This document shows, piece after piece, positions 16,921-26,122 of a stretch of DNA of 64,000 nucleotides. The translations under genes and the position numbers were made by a program. The notes below the pieces were generated by a model. The model was not told where the DNA came from. It was given only the letters and a program-made list of their open reading frames with translations, and made no database searches. The DNA is from Planctomycetota bacterium. Lineage in GTDB: Bacteria; Planctomycetota; UBA1135. Numbering within the stretch: position 1 is the first letter of the stretch; each line of letters opens with the position of its first letter. The stretch spans positions 1,893 through 65,892 of the forward strand of contig JAPKBM010000001.1 of the NCBI GenBank assembly GCA_026421205.1. Reading direction: 5' to 3'.

Positions 16921-18830
16921 CCAAGTTCTTTCAGTCTCGCCATACGTTCGGCACTATTTTCTGCGGAACTTCGCTCAAACAAAGCATCAGCTTCGGCAAA
17001 CTTCTTAGCTAGGCTTTCCAACTCTCTCAAAGGCGCTTCTTTGGGCGCCGCACTCAGCTGATTATTTTTCTCTTGCGGGTCCGCAATCAAGTCAAATAAG
17101 GAAATGGAGTGGGCCGCCTCGCCATCCAAACGCGCGTGCAATTTCCAGGAACCTTTGCGTACCGCCAAATGAGAAGTCCACCGAGTGAAGTGTGGGTAAT
17201 CTTCCCACAAGCCGTCCAAAATATTTCGGCCCTTTAGTCCCCCTTGAGGCAAGCCCGCAAGCGCAAAAATTGTGGGAACAATGTCCTGCAAATGAACCGC
17301 GTAGGGCAAATGCTTTTGAGGGGCAGAAAAACCATTCAGGCCAACAAAGACAAAAGGAACGCGCACTAAAGCCTCCTGAAGTGAATTGGAATGAAGCATT
17401 TTCTTCCACTCACCGAAGTGCTCTCCGTGATCTGAAGTAATGATCAAAGCAGTAGGACGCTTGCCCGTCTCAATTTTCTGAACAAGCTGGCGCAAAAGGC
17501 CGTCTAAAAAGAAAACTTCTTCGTCATACAAGTCTCTCATGGATTGCAAGGTCAACGCGGAAACGCTAGAAGAAGACAAGTCTTTTTGAATCATCCGAAG
17601 TTGATCATGCCCCCCCAAAGGATGTGCCTGGAATTTTTTTTCCACGCCTTGCATTGAAAACCACTTCCCCGCGGTAGCCATTGGGGGCGTATACGGATCA
17701 TGCGGATCCATAAAATGGGCAAAAAGAAAACCGGGGGCGCGTTGCTGGTGGATTGAAGAAAGATAACTTTCTGCACTTGCCCAAGTTACTTGCCCCATCC
17801 CAGGCGGCATTCTTGATGCTTGATCCTGAATCCCAAGCCAATTACGAACAAAATCCTTCGCGGGTCTTGGCCGCAAAAGCATGAAGGCCCAAGTCCGGGG
17901 AACCGCCTGAGCCACGAATCGGTCTGCAGGGCCAATACTGCCCACTACTGAGTCATCATAAACATCAAATCCTGCACCAAAACCAAAGCTAGATGCCAAA
18001 AGTGCATTGCTAATCACCCCTGCCGTGCGCCAACCCGCACCCTGTAAGGCCTTCGCCAGAAAAGGCATGGATTCTGTCGGCTGTTCCAAATTAGAACGCA
18101 ATCCGTGTTGAACCGCGCTCAAGCCCGTCAACATGGTGACGTGTGCGGGAACAGTTTGATTGCTACTGGACAGTGCATAGTCCGACGTGATGCCGACGTC
18201 GGCTAATTCAGAAAGAATAGGAAGTGTGGAGCGCCCGTCATGCTCAAAGTCTGCGCGCAATGTGTCAATGCTCACCAAAATAATGTCGGGAGAATCCTTG
18301 GAAACCACGCGCGAAGAGGCTGCCATGTTCTCCGCAAAATGAGGCCGTACTGTCTCCGCAGTCATATCCTTTGCGGGAATCAAAAAGGCGATCAACCATG
18401 CCAAAGGCGCCAAGCCGGCAATGCGTTTCAAAGCGGACAAGGTTGGGGCTCCACGGGAAAAAAATCGGGGAGCGAAAAAATAAACCAGTAAAGGAGGGGT
18501 TGCCCATAGAAGGCGGACTGCTGCCTTCATGGCTGGCGAATATGCCGAAGCATTGGGAGGAAGCCAATACAAACAAAAAGGCGTAATGCCGATGGCAATG
18601 CCTATCCAAAACCCTTGTGAAGTCTGATGTCGGCGTTGAAAAAAACCTCCTGCTTTAGGAAGACGTGTTCCGGCAAAAGAAAGGGCCCAGAAAATAATTG
18701 CGGTCGAAAGCGTGCCCGCAACCACAATGAGTAGATATTCTCGTCCAAGGCCTGCCGCAGGGACAGGGATTTGGAGGAAGGCATCCAATAGTGCCAACAA
18801 ACCAGCACCGGCAAGAATTCCTGGAAGCAT
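16908..18830 (-). CDS. Membrane-anchored alkaline-phosphatase-superfamily 'sulfatase-like' protein (LtaS/EptA-like architecture)
   Basis: About 170 aa of N-terminal TM helices. ILVSIDTLRADF, SNQTVPAHVTMLTG (Thr), TSDHGEHFGE. C-terminus RLKELGYVD. Confidence 0.85.
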   Translation of the reverse strand: MLPGILAGAGLLALLDAFLQIPVPAAGLGREYLLIVVAGTLSTAIIFWALSFAGTRLPKAGGFFQRRHQTSQGFWIGIAIGITPFCLYWLPPNASAYSPAMKAAVRLLWATPPLLVYFFAPRFFSRGAPTLSALKRIAGLAPLAWLIAFLIPAKDMTAETVRPHFAENMAASSRVVSKDSPDIILVSIDTLRADFEHDGRSTLPILSELADVGITSDYALSSSNQTVPAHVTMLTGLSAVQHGLRSNLEQPTESMPFLAKALQGAGWRTAGVISNALLASSFGFGAGFDVYDDSVVGSIGPADRFVAQAVPRTWAFMLLRPRPAKDFVRNWLGIQDQASRMPPGMGQVTWASAESYLSSIHQQRAPGFLFAHFMDPHDPYTPPMATAGKWFSMQGVEKKFQAHPLGGHDQLRMIQKDLSSSSVSALTLQSMRDLYDEEVFFLDGLLRQLVQKIETGKRPTALIITSDHGEHFGEWKKMLHSNSLQEALVRVPFVFVGLNGFSAPQKHLPYAVHLQDIVPTIFALAGLPQGGLKGRNILDGLWEDYPHFTRWTSHLAVRKGSWKLHARLDGEAAHSISLFDLIADPQEKNNQLSAAPKEAPLRELESLAKKFAEADALFERSSAENSAERMARLKELGYVD

Positions 18831-18877
18831 GAGGGAAGTTTATCTTGGAGCCAATCCGCGTGATACCTTTTCCTGCC

Positions 18878-20638
18878 ATGCGACTTCTCCCCAACCTTCT
18901 CGCCGCCCTTTCGGGATACGCGTTTACCGTATTTGCGGTCGGGGTTCTCTCTGCTTTACAAAACGCCACCGCGCAAGGCTGGTCCGACCTCGGCTTTGAC
19001 TGGCTGACCTTGGATGCTTGGAGTCGACTTCATGAATCCAAAGAAGGGGTGGTTGGAGGGGTGTTGACCTTGGTATTGGCCTGCACCGCCGACCTCCTTC
19101 CCCCAGCTTTCCTTCCCGCTCTTTGGGTTCGAAAAGCGGTGAATCTTTTTTCCAAACCCCTCGCTTGGCTCGTGCTTCTTGCCTGCGCCTATTTATTGCC
19201 CCCTGCCCTCGCATCGGCCACCCAACCGGATGCGCCTAAAGATGCGCCTAATATTCTTTTTGTCCTTGTGGACACATGGCGCGCCGACCACGCCGGATTT
19301 TTAGGTTATGCCCGCGATGTCAGCCCTGGCCTGGACGAACTGGCGAAAGAAGGCGCTATTTTCGAAACCGCCGTCGCCCAATCCGGCTGGACCAAGCCCA
19401 CCGTCGCCACGTTATTCACCGGCCTCGTCCCGTCGGCTCACGGTGCTGTCAGTCAACCCATTCCTGGCATGGCCGTACATGGCACGAAGCTGCCCCCGGA
19501 TCGCACCACCTTCGTGGAAATTTTTCGGGCTCATGGCTGGGATACGGCCATGTGGTCCAACAATCCGAATATCTTGCCCACGCATGGTTTCGGTCAAGGC
19601 GCCGGATATTTTCGGAGTTTCGTAGGGGAATCCGTCGGCGAACGCTTTGATGCGGGAAGGGCAGAGTGGATGTTGCCCGAAGTGGAGACTTGGCTTGCAA
19701 GCCGTGACGAGAATCGCCCTTTTTGCGCCTACGTGCACATCATGGACCCGCACTACCCCTATGTTGCCCCCAAGCCCTTTGCGGGGACGTTTGACCAATC
19801 TGGCTTGGATTTCCAGCTCGATGGCGCTCTGATTGGGGATTATTTAGAAGGTCGGAAAGATATTTCCGACGTCACGCCGGCCATGCTGCAACGTATTTTG
19901 GATATTTATGACGAAGAACTGCTTTATGTGGACCATTACCTCACGCCCTTTTTGCGGAAAGTCCGCAAGGAGCACCCCAACACCCTCATCGTCTTAGTTG
20001 GGGATCATGGCGAGGAATTCCTAGAGCACGGTCAATTTGGGCACGGACATAGCATTTATGAGGAGCTCGTTCATGTCCCCCTTGTGTTGTGGGGCCCCGG
20101 CATCCCCGCTCAGCGCCAGGCACTTCCCGCAAGACAAATGGATGTTCTTCCCACCCTGATGGAACTTGCAGAGATTCGTCATGCGGCCACGGAAAGCAAG
20201 ATACATGGCTCCAGCCTTGTTGACATCCTCCACGGCAAAGAGACTGTGCGAAGAAATGCTCCGATGGAAAGCGGCGGCGATCAACGCCCACCTTGGCATT
20301 GGCGGGGTATATCCAACGGAGAGTGGAAGGTCATTTTGAGAGAAAAGGACCTTCCCTGTGCAAAGATAATTCCTATTTTGTCGGAAAAAGATGGGGATTC
20401 TCAAGCCCCCTGGACCCTCCTATTTCACCTCACCAAAGATTCTGGCGAACTCCAAGATCTTAGTGCTCAAAACCCAGCCCTTCTGCGGCAATGGATGACC
20501 ACCCTAGAGCAAAGTGGCTGGCTCTTCCCCCCCACAACCATCCTTCAATTAGGAACCTCCGACGGGAACATCGGGGCTGACTTGGAACTTCTCAAGGAAT
20601 TGGGCTACATCGACGCGGATGCCGTCGGCGGTCAATAA
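18878..20638 (+). CDS. Membrane-anchored alkaline-phosphatase-superfamily 'sulfatase-like' protein
   Basis: ATG at 18878 (the track start at 18845 is TTG). N-terminal TM region. ILFVLVDTWRADHAGFLGY, SGWTKPTVATLFTG (Thr), VGDHGEEFLEHGQFGHGHS. C-terminus LLKELGYIDADAVGGQ. Confidence 0.85.
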   Translation: MRLLPNLLAALSGYAFTVFAVGVLSALQNATAQGWSDLGFDWLTLDAWSRLHESKEGVVGGVLTLVLACTADLLPPAFLPALWVRKAVNLFSKPLAWLVLLACAYLLPPALASATQPDAPKDAPNILFVLVDTWRADHAGFLGYARDVSPGLDELAKEGAIFETAVAQSGWTKPTVATLFTGLVPSAHGAVSQPIPGMAVHGTKLPPDRTTFVEIFRAHGWDTAMWSNNPNILPTHGFGQGAGYFRSFVGESVGERFDAGRAEWMLPEVETWLASRDENRPFCAYVHIMDPHYPYVAPKPFAGTFDQSGLDFQLDGALIGDYLEGRKDISDVTPAMLQRILDIYDEELLYVDHYLTPFLRKVRKEHPNTLIVLVGDHGEEFLEHGQFGHGHSIYEELVHVPLVLWGPGIPAQRQALPARQMDVLPTLMELAEIRHAATESKIHGSSLVDILHGKETVRRNAPMESGGDQRPPWHWRGISNGEWKVILREKDLPCAKIIPILSEKDGDSQAPWTLLFHLTKDSGELQDLSAQNPALLRQWMTTLEQSGWLFPPTTILQLGTSDGNIGADLELLKELGYIDADAVGGQ

Positions 20639-20708
20639 ACCCAAAACTTGAAGGTGTAAAGACTTGGAATGGCTCGCTAGAATTTCAAATACCGAGGCCC
20701 CTTCCCAA

Positions 20709-21356
20709 ATGTCCGCACTCAACAAGACTCTTTTTCGAAAAACCCAAGGCTTCTTCCTCGCCAAGGTTCAAAAACATGTCTATCAACGCAGGGTGCTCTA
20801 CGTGATGGACAGAGATCTATCTCTTCCGGATCCCGTCATACCGCAGGGGAAAAACTCGCCCATGTGGGAAGATGAGCAAAATAAATTTACCATGCCCCTC
20901 GCAACGCATGAGAACATAGACGGCATGGCGGCTCATTTTCCTCCCTCCAAGCTAAAAATCCTCCACAACCGCGTCGATGACCCAGCAATCGACTTCACAT
21001 TTGCGCCCAAAGAGGACGGCTCCTGCTGGGGATATCTGATGCACGCCATAGCACCGTACTATGAAAAACTATATAATTACACCGTGGACCCTGGAAAATC
21101 TGGGGTCTATCAATTCGATGGTTGGGTCAACCCTCACGACAGAGGTCGGCTCGTGGCGATTCTCGGGATAATTTTCATGTTTAACCGACGTCGTCAAGAA
21201 GGCTATCGGCGTATTCGCGTCATTGTTTGGGCCAATGACACACGCTCTCTACGTCTACACAAGCGCTTTGGCTTCCAAGAAGTCCAACGTTTGCTTTATA
21301 CGCGTCTTGGCCCTTTCCGCTGGACGCGCGCACTTCCTGGACCGACTGTTGACTAA
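20709..21356 (+). CDS. GNAT-family acetyltransferase (putative)
   Basis: The C-terminal part MFNRRRQEGYRRIRVIVWANDTRSLRLHKRFGFQEV resembles GNAT motifs A and B. The start is uncertain (ATG 20709 or TTG 20664). Confidence 0.5.
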   Translation: MSALNKTLFRKTQGFFLAKVQKHVYQRRVLYVMDRDLSLPDPVIPQGKNSPMWEDEQNKFTMPLATHENIDGMAAHFPPSKLKILHNRVDDPAIDFTFAPKEDGSCWGYLMHAIAPYYEKLYNYTVDPGKSGVYQFDGWVNPHDRGRLVAILGIIFMFNRRRQEGYRRIRVIVWANDTRSLRLHKRFGFQEVQRLLYTRLGPFRWTRALPGPTVD

Positions 21357-22050
21357 CGACCCAGCCAATCTCCTCACCGCACCCGCTCGCCCGGGTGCAT
21401 TAGACCGTTTGCCTGGTGCGGGCCAACGCGGAGAATTCCTTCGGCTCATGTCCAAACTCCGTGACATCCAAGGGAAAGATGCACATTTCGCCATCTGCTT
21501 TACTTCGGCACTTCCCGGAGAAGGATGTAGCACCATGGCGGCCCAGTTTGCCTGCGCCGTGGCTCAATCCGGTGCCGGAGAAAAGGTGCTCCTCATTGAC
21601 GGCAACCTCAGACACCCCAATCTCCATGAACTCTTAGAGGTGGATGACGCGGACGGCGTTTTGGATGTTTGCATGGCGGGGGTTCCTGCAGACCAAGCCA
21701 TTCAATCCACTGAGTTGGAAGATTTAGATGTACTGACGGCGGGCAACCGCAACCAAAGCCCCAATCCAGATTTCCTGAACCCCTTGCGGTTTCGTGATTT
21801 GATTCGCAGTTTAGTGACGCAATATGACCTTGTCGTTGTGGATGCTCCCCCGGTGGCCATGGGCACCGCCGCCACCCACCTCTCCAAAGAAGACGCGGCC
21901 ACGCTACTTGTCGTTCAAGCATCCCAAACTCGCCGAGAAGTGATTCAAGGCTCTATCCATGAACTGAAACTCATGGCTGCTCATGTCGCGGGGGTGGTTT
22001 TAAACCGCCGACGTTATTTCATCCCCAGTTTCGTTTACAGACGCCTCTAA
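21349..22050 (+). CDS. BY-kinase-like (CpsD/CapB/Wzc-cytoplasmic-domain) P-loop ATPase with degenerate catalytic motifs
   Basis: Walker A region ICFTSALPGEGCSTMAA: Cys codon TGT at 21526-21528 where GK[ST] has Lys. Walker A' VLLIDGNLRHP (D-x-N instead of D-x-D). Walker B YDLVVVDAPP. Start uncertain: TTG 21349 is the first start candidate after the GNAT stop region, while the track ORF begins at 21223 inside the GNAT gene. Confidence 0.7.
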   Translation: MTNDPANLLTAPARPGALDRLPGAGQRGEFLRLMSKLRDIQGKDAHFAICFTSALPGEGCSTMAAQFACAVAQSGAGEKVLLIDGNLRHPNLHELLEVDDADGVLDVCMAGVPADQAIQSTELEDLDVLTAGNRNQSPNPDFLNPLRFRDLIRSLVTQYDLVVVDAPPVAMGTAATHLSKEDAATLLVVQASQTRREVIQGSIHELKLMAAHVAGVVLNRRRYFIPSFVYRRL

Positions 22051-23111
22051 TGTTTGCAACACAACTTCAGAAAGCAGCAAGGACCGGCCTTCTTGCATGT
22101 GTCAGCCTATGGAGCTGTGCTTCAGAGACGGTGGTCTCTCCGGTGCCGCACACAAATCCCACAGGGCACCATGAAACAGCCGTCGTTCCGGTTACCGAAG
22201 AGCGGCCCATTGAAGAATCCCGGTATATCCCGCGGTATCACCTCAACCCTGGCGACAACCTTGCCGTAAGTTTTCACTTTGGAACAGGCGACAGTGACTT
22301 GGAATTTCACCTAGAAGCTGGAGACAAAGTGGAACTGAAGGCTCTCTTTCACGAAGAGCTGGATGGCGTATACACCATTCGCCCCGATGGCATTATTTCC
22401 TTGCCATACAAAGGAGCTATAAAAGTGGCTGGGCTAACTCCGGAAGATTTGGTTGATTATTTAACAGACCTCTATTCCGACATCTTCCGTCGGCCCTCTT
22501 TTTCTATTCAAGTCACCGCAGCGGAACAAAGGGTTATTGAGCTCAAAGCGCTCTTGGGTCGCGGAGAAACAAGCCAAAGCATTGCCACTTCTCTAGGGCC
22601 AGATGGTTACATTTCCCTTCCTCTTGTTGGAGAAATTCGAGCAACAGGGCTCACCGTTTCCCAAGTACAGCAAGTCCTTGAAAATGAATACCAACAGCTC
22701 CACGACAGCCTCAGCATTTCTGTCATGCTCACGGGCACGGCGGGCTTCGGCGTCTTTGTCATGGGCGAGGTCATTGACCCTGGTCGCTACCCCATCAGTG
22801 CGCCACTCACGGCTTCTCGCGCACTTGCCCTAGCCAGTGGCCCAAACCCAGAGACTGCTGACTTGGAGCATGTGGTCTTGCTGACTTTGGACCCTGTAAC
22901 TGGAAAGGCAACGGCATCCTTTGTGGATCTCCATGCCGTCATGGTGCTCGGTGACATTTCCCGCGACCCCCTCATTGGTCCGAATGACGTTCTCGTGGTG
23001 CCCGCAACAAGCATCACCAAGATGGACCGTTGGGTGGAGCAATACATCGGAAAACTTCTCCTCTTCCGCGGCGTCGGCGCTTCGGTGGGTTACAGGCTGG
23101 AGGACGTGTGA
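22050..23111 (+). CDS. wza: Polysaccharide export outer-membrane lipoprotein, Wza family
   Basis: LLACVSLWSCASE lipobox. YHLNPGDNLAVSF and IRPDGIISLPYKGAIKVAGLTPEDL (Poly_export), followed by SLBB-like repeats (ISLPLVGEIRATGLTVSQV). TAATG junction with the upstream gene. Confidence 0.9.
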   Translation: MFATQLQKAARTGLLACVSLWSCASETVVSPVPHTNPTGHHETAVVPVTEERPIEESRYIPRYHLNPGDNLAVSFHFGTGDSDLEFHLEAGDKVELKALFHEELDGVYTIRPDGIISLPYKGAIKVAGLTPEDLVDYLTDLYSDIFRRPSFSIQVTAAEQRVIELKALLGRGETSQSIATSLGPDGYISLPLVGEIRATGLTVSQVQQVLENEYQQLHDSLSISVMLTGTAGFGVFVMGEVIDPGRYPISAPLTASRALALASGPNPETADLEHVVLLTLDPVTGKATASFVDLHAVMVLGDISRDPLIGPNDVLVVPATSITKMDRWVEQYIGKLLLFRGVGASVGYRLEDV

Positions 23112-24616
23112 GCCAGCAACATATAGACCCTCGTTCACGTACTTCGGATCATTCCTCCGAAGCACTGTTCCGTTCGGAATCAGTTCGGGATGTCCTCACA
23201 CTTCTTTATAAACGAAGAGGGCTTTACTGGATCGTTTTTCTATCCTTCATGCTGTCTCTCGTTTGGCTCTCTAAGCAAGTGGAGCCCACTTACAAAGCGC
23301 ATGCTTCCGTTGAATTTCTAGCACGTTTGGAGTCCACCATGAGCAACAATGTGGACAATCCATCTTCTTCGCGGTATCGCCCCATGCCGCTCACGGATGT
23401 TAATTCTCAAATTGAGTTGATGAAAAGTCGTGAGGTTTTAATGGGTGCGGTAGAAAATCCAGAGGTCTATCTTCTCCCCCCTTATCAAAATATGCCCGAC
23501 TGGGAGAACAAGGAAACCAGTGAAAAGATTCTGGCTTGGAGAAACTATCTCAAAGATCGCTTTGAGATTGAGGGTGTGCCAACCACCACGGTTGCCCATG
23601 TCACGGTTTCCGACTGGGGCCCAAAACGGGCCGCTCTTTTGGCCGACCACCTTGCTGAATCATTCATTCGCCATCGAACCCGAAACTTTCTCGCAGAAAG
23701 CAATATCGAAATTTACGCAGAAGCCCTCGTCTCTGCTACGGAAAAATATGAGGCCGCAAGCCGAACTTTAGACGTTTACCGCACAGAGAACCAAATCCAA
23801 GCGGACCCCAGTGCCCAAGTGGACCGCCTCATGGAAAATCGGTCTAGCCTTTTTTCCAGCAAAACACGGGCCGATGCGGAATATATTTCAGCAAAAACTC
23901 GACGAGATAAAATTGCACATCTTGTGGAAACTAAGGATCCAATGCTCATCACCATGAGCGAAATCGTCGACAATACAACTTTAAAAAATCGCTCTGCGGA
24001 AATCAGTGCCGCTAAAAAGAGTCTCGAAGAATTTCTGCAGCATAATCTAGAAACCCACCCGCAATTTGATCGCCTTCTCCAAGAAATCCTGTCCAAAGAA
24101 GAACAATATCAAGTTAGCTTAGACGCAACTTATCGGGCCCTTGTCTTTGCAGAAGAGACGACTTTCGCACAGAAAGAAGCCGAAGTCGGTATTTATGAAG
24201 GCCAAATTCAAAAACTCAATCTTGAAATTACCCGAATCAGCGCCCTTGCCACTCAGTTAGATCGAATCAATGTTGAATTTGAATCCGCAAGGGAAGCCTT
24301 CCGCCTTGCAAAGAAGCGACACGATGATGCGGTAACAATCAGTGTGACGACTCCTGAATTCAAAGCAAAGGTGACCGGCCATGCCATTGTCATGAATGAA
24401 CCATCGTTTCCACCGCCCATTTGGATAGTTTGGATCCTTGCGGTTTTCGGAGGCTTCTTCTTCGGACTCACCTCCATTTTCATTGCAGGCTACTTAGACC
24501 GCTCCCTAGATACACCAGGCTCTGCGGAAAGAGAATTAGGCATCCCCGTCCTTGCCACAATTCAAGATGAACGAATCAAAAAATCCAAGAAAGGACGGAT
24601 TGGCAAGCGGCGCTAA
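23108..24616 (+). CDS. Polysaccharide co-polymerase (Wzz/GumC/PCP-2-like) without fused kinase domain
   Basis: The GTG at 23108 overlaps the wza TGA, with GGAGGA just upstream. N-terminal TM (LYWIVFLSFMLSLVWL), a long coiled-coil periplasmic region, and a C-terminal TM (PIWIVWILAVFGGFFFGLTSIFIAGYL). Confidence 0.8.
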   Translation: MSQQHIDPRSRTSDHSSEALFRSESVRDVLTLLYKRRGLYWIVFLSFMLSLVWLSKQVEPTYKAHASVEFLARLESTMSNNVDNPSSSRYRPMPLTDVNSQIELMKSREVLMGAVENPEVYLLPPYQNMPDWENKETSEKILAWRNYLKDRFEIEGVPTTTVAHVTVSDWGPKRAALLADHLAESFIRHRTRNFLAESNIEIYAEALVSATEKYEAASRTLDVYRTENQIQADPSAQVDRLMENRSSLFSSKTRADAEYISAKTRRDKIAHLVETKDPMLITMSEIVDNTTLKNRSAEISAAKKSLEEFLQHNLETHPQFDRLLQEILSKEEQYQVSLDATYRALVFAEETTFAQKEAEVGIYEGQIQKLNLEITRISALATQLDRINVEFESAREAFRLAKKRHDDAVTISVTTPEFKAKVTGHAIVMNEPSFPPPIWIVWILAVFGGFFFGLTSIFIAGYLDRSLDTPGSAERELGIPVLATIQDERIKKSKKGRIGKRR

Positions 24617-26120
24617 AGAGCGTGCTCAGGTCGTAAAGGGAGCCGGCCTCACAGGGGTCGGTGCGGTTCTAGAAGGAATTCTTCGTTACGTGTCCATATT
24701 ATTGGTCACGCGGTTTTACGGACAAGCGGCTTATGGAGTTTTCGGCTTTGCGATGTACCTCAATGAAATGGGGCAACGCGTTTCTTCCGCTGGCCTTCAC
24801 GATGGTGTCATGCGCTACGTAGCCATTCATGAGGGGCGCGGTGAAACGGACCAAACACGAGGCGCCATTTGTTTGGCCACAAAAATTATCCTCGGAATTG
24901 GCATCATTTTCGCGGTGGTGCTCGCCCTTTTCGCCCCGCAAGCCGCTGAAATGTTGGCGAAAGATCGCATGCACGATGTTCCCAAGGAAATGGTGATCCG
25001 TGTTATTCGCATTTCCTGCCTTGCGCTTCCAACCACTGCTTTTTTGATGCTGTTAGGTCGCACGTTGCGCGCGCTCAAACAAATCGGCGCCCAGGTTCTT
25101 GTCAAATCCTTTGTTCTCCCCATCACCCGTGTGAGCCTCTTATGCCTTTTCCTCTGGGTTCTTGGCCCGGATAATTTGGCGGGCCTGATTTGGGCCATTG
25201 TGATTTCGACAGCCTTTGCTTGCGCTCTTGCCCTTCATTACGTTCACAAGACTGTCCGACTTTGGGGGAAAGATGCACCTTCCTCCATCAACAAAAAAGA
25301 GTTTCTTGGTTTTGCCCTGCCTCTCGTCGGCGTGGATATTGCTGCTTTCTTTTCCTTAACCGCCGACGTCTGGATCTTGGCAAAACTTGGAACGCAAGTT
25401 GATATGGGAACGTATCAAGCGGTTCTTCGCCTCATCCCGCTCCTTGCCATTCCGCTCTTTCTTTTTTCCTCCATGCTCACGCCCCTGTCCGCAGAGCTAT
25501 ACGGCCAAGGGAAAATGCAGGAGCTCCGCGATTTATACAGGACTTCCGTCCGTTGGATTTACTCTATGGCCATCCCCTTGGTTATTGGACTTTGTCTTTT
25601 TATTGACCCACTTCTCTCCACCCTCGGAGAAGGCTTCCTCGCTGGCCATGACGCATTTCTCCTCCTTGCGGCCATCTTAATTCTAAACGGCTTCGCAAAC
25701 CCTGCCGGTTACGCTGTCACCATGGCCGGCCGAAGTAAAGTGACTCTCTTTAATGCGTGCATCATGATTGTGGTTGTCAGCACAACCGCGTGGTTCGCCA
25801 TTCCTGCTTGGGGTGTCCTTGGCGCCGCCGTTGCCCGTGCCACCGGAATTCTTGTGAACTCCATCCTGACCCTGGCCCAAGGTTGGTGGATTCTTGGCCT
25901 CAACCCTTGGCACAGACAGCTCTGGAAGCCCACCATAGCTGGCCTCCTTTCTGCCGCAACGGCCTGGGCAATCGTGCAAAAGAATTTCGCCGACGGCTTC
26001 CTTGGGGCCGCCATCGCGGGCATCGGCGTTCTTGTGACTTATCTTGGTGCTATTCTTCTTCTTGGGCTCACGGAAGAAGATAAAGAACTCCTTCGGAAAA
26101 CGCCTTTGATGAAAAGTTAA
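24567..26120 (+). CDS. MOP-superfamily polysaccharide flippase (Wzx-like)
   Basis: About 12-14 predicted TM helices. Typical N-terminus ...VKGAGLTGVGAVLEGILRYVSILLVTRFYGQAAYGVFGFA. ATG at 24567 (track TTG at 24552). Confidence 0.8.
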   Translation: MNESKNPRKDGLASGAKERAQVVKGAGLTGVGAVLEGILRYVSILLVTRFYGQAAYGVFGFAMYLNEMGQRVSSAGLHDGVMRYVAIHEGRGETDQTRGAICLATKIILGIGIIFAVVLALFAPQAAEMLAKDRMHDVPKEMVIRVIRISCLALPTTAFLMLLGRTLRALKQIGAQVLVKSFVLPITRVSLLCLFLWVLGPDNLAGLIWAIVISTAFACALALHYVHKTVRLWGKDAPSSINKKEFLGFALPLVGVDIAAFFSLTADVWILAKLGTQVDMGTYQAVLRLIPLLAIPLFLFSSMLTPLSAELYGQGKMQELRDLYRTSVRWIYSMAIPLVIGLCLFIDPLLSTLGEGFLAGHDAFLLLAAILILNGFANPAGYAVTMAGRSKVTLFNACIMIVVVSTTAWFAIPAWGVLGAAVARATGILVNSILTLAQGWWILGLNPWHRQLWKPTIAGLLSAATAWAIVQKNFADGFLGAAIAGIGVLVTYLGAILLLGLTEEDKELLRKTPLMKS

Positions 26121-26122
26121 TC

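Noticed and set aside
17634-17641. Homopolymer tracts (T8 at 17634-17641 in an AP-superfamily gene, A8 at 6598-6605 in fadI, T8 at 40583-40590 in the SDR gene) as slipped-strand phase-variation switches
   Set aside because: The tracts are only 8 nt long and encode Lys-Lys in frame. A few such runs are roughly what chance would give in 64 kb of this composition.
21223-21348. Upstream 42 codons of the BY-kinase-like ORF (ATG 21223), overlapping the GNAT gene by 134 nt
   Set aside because: A 134-nt same-strand overlap is unlikely. The overlapping part (MFGPMTHALYVYTSALASKKSNVCFIRVLALSAG...) lacks kinase-family similarity, which begins around ...EFLRLMSKLRD. The true start remains uncertain.
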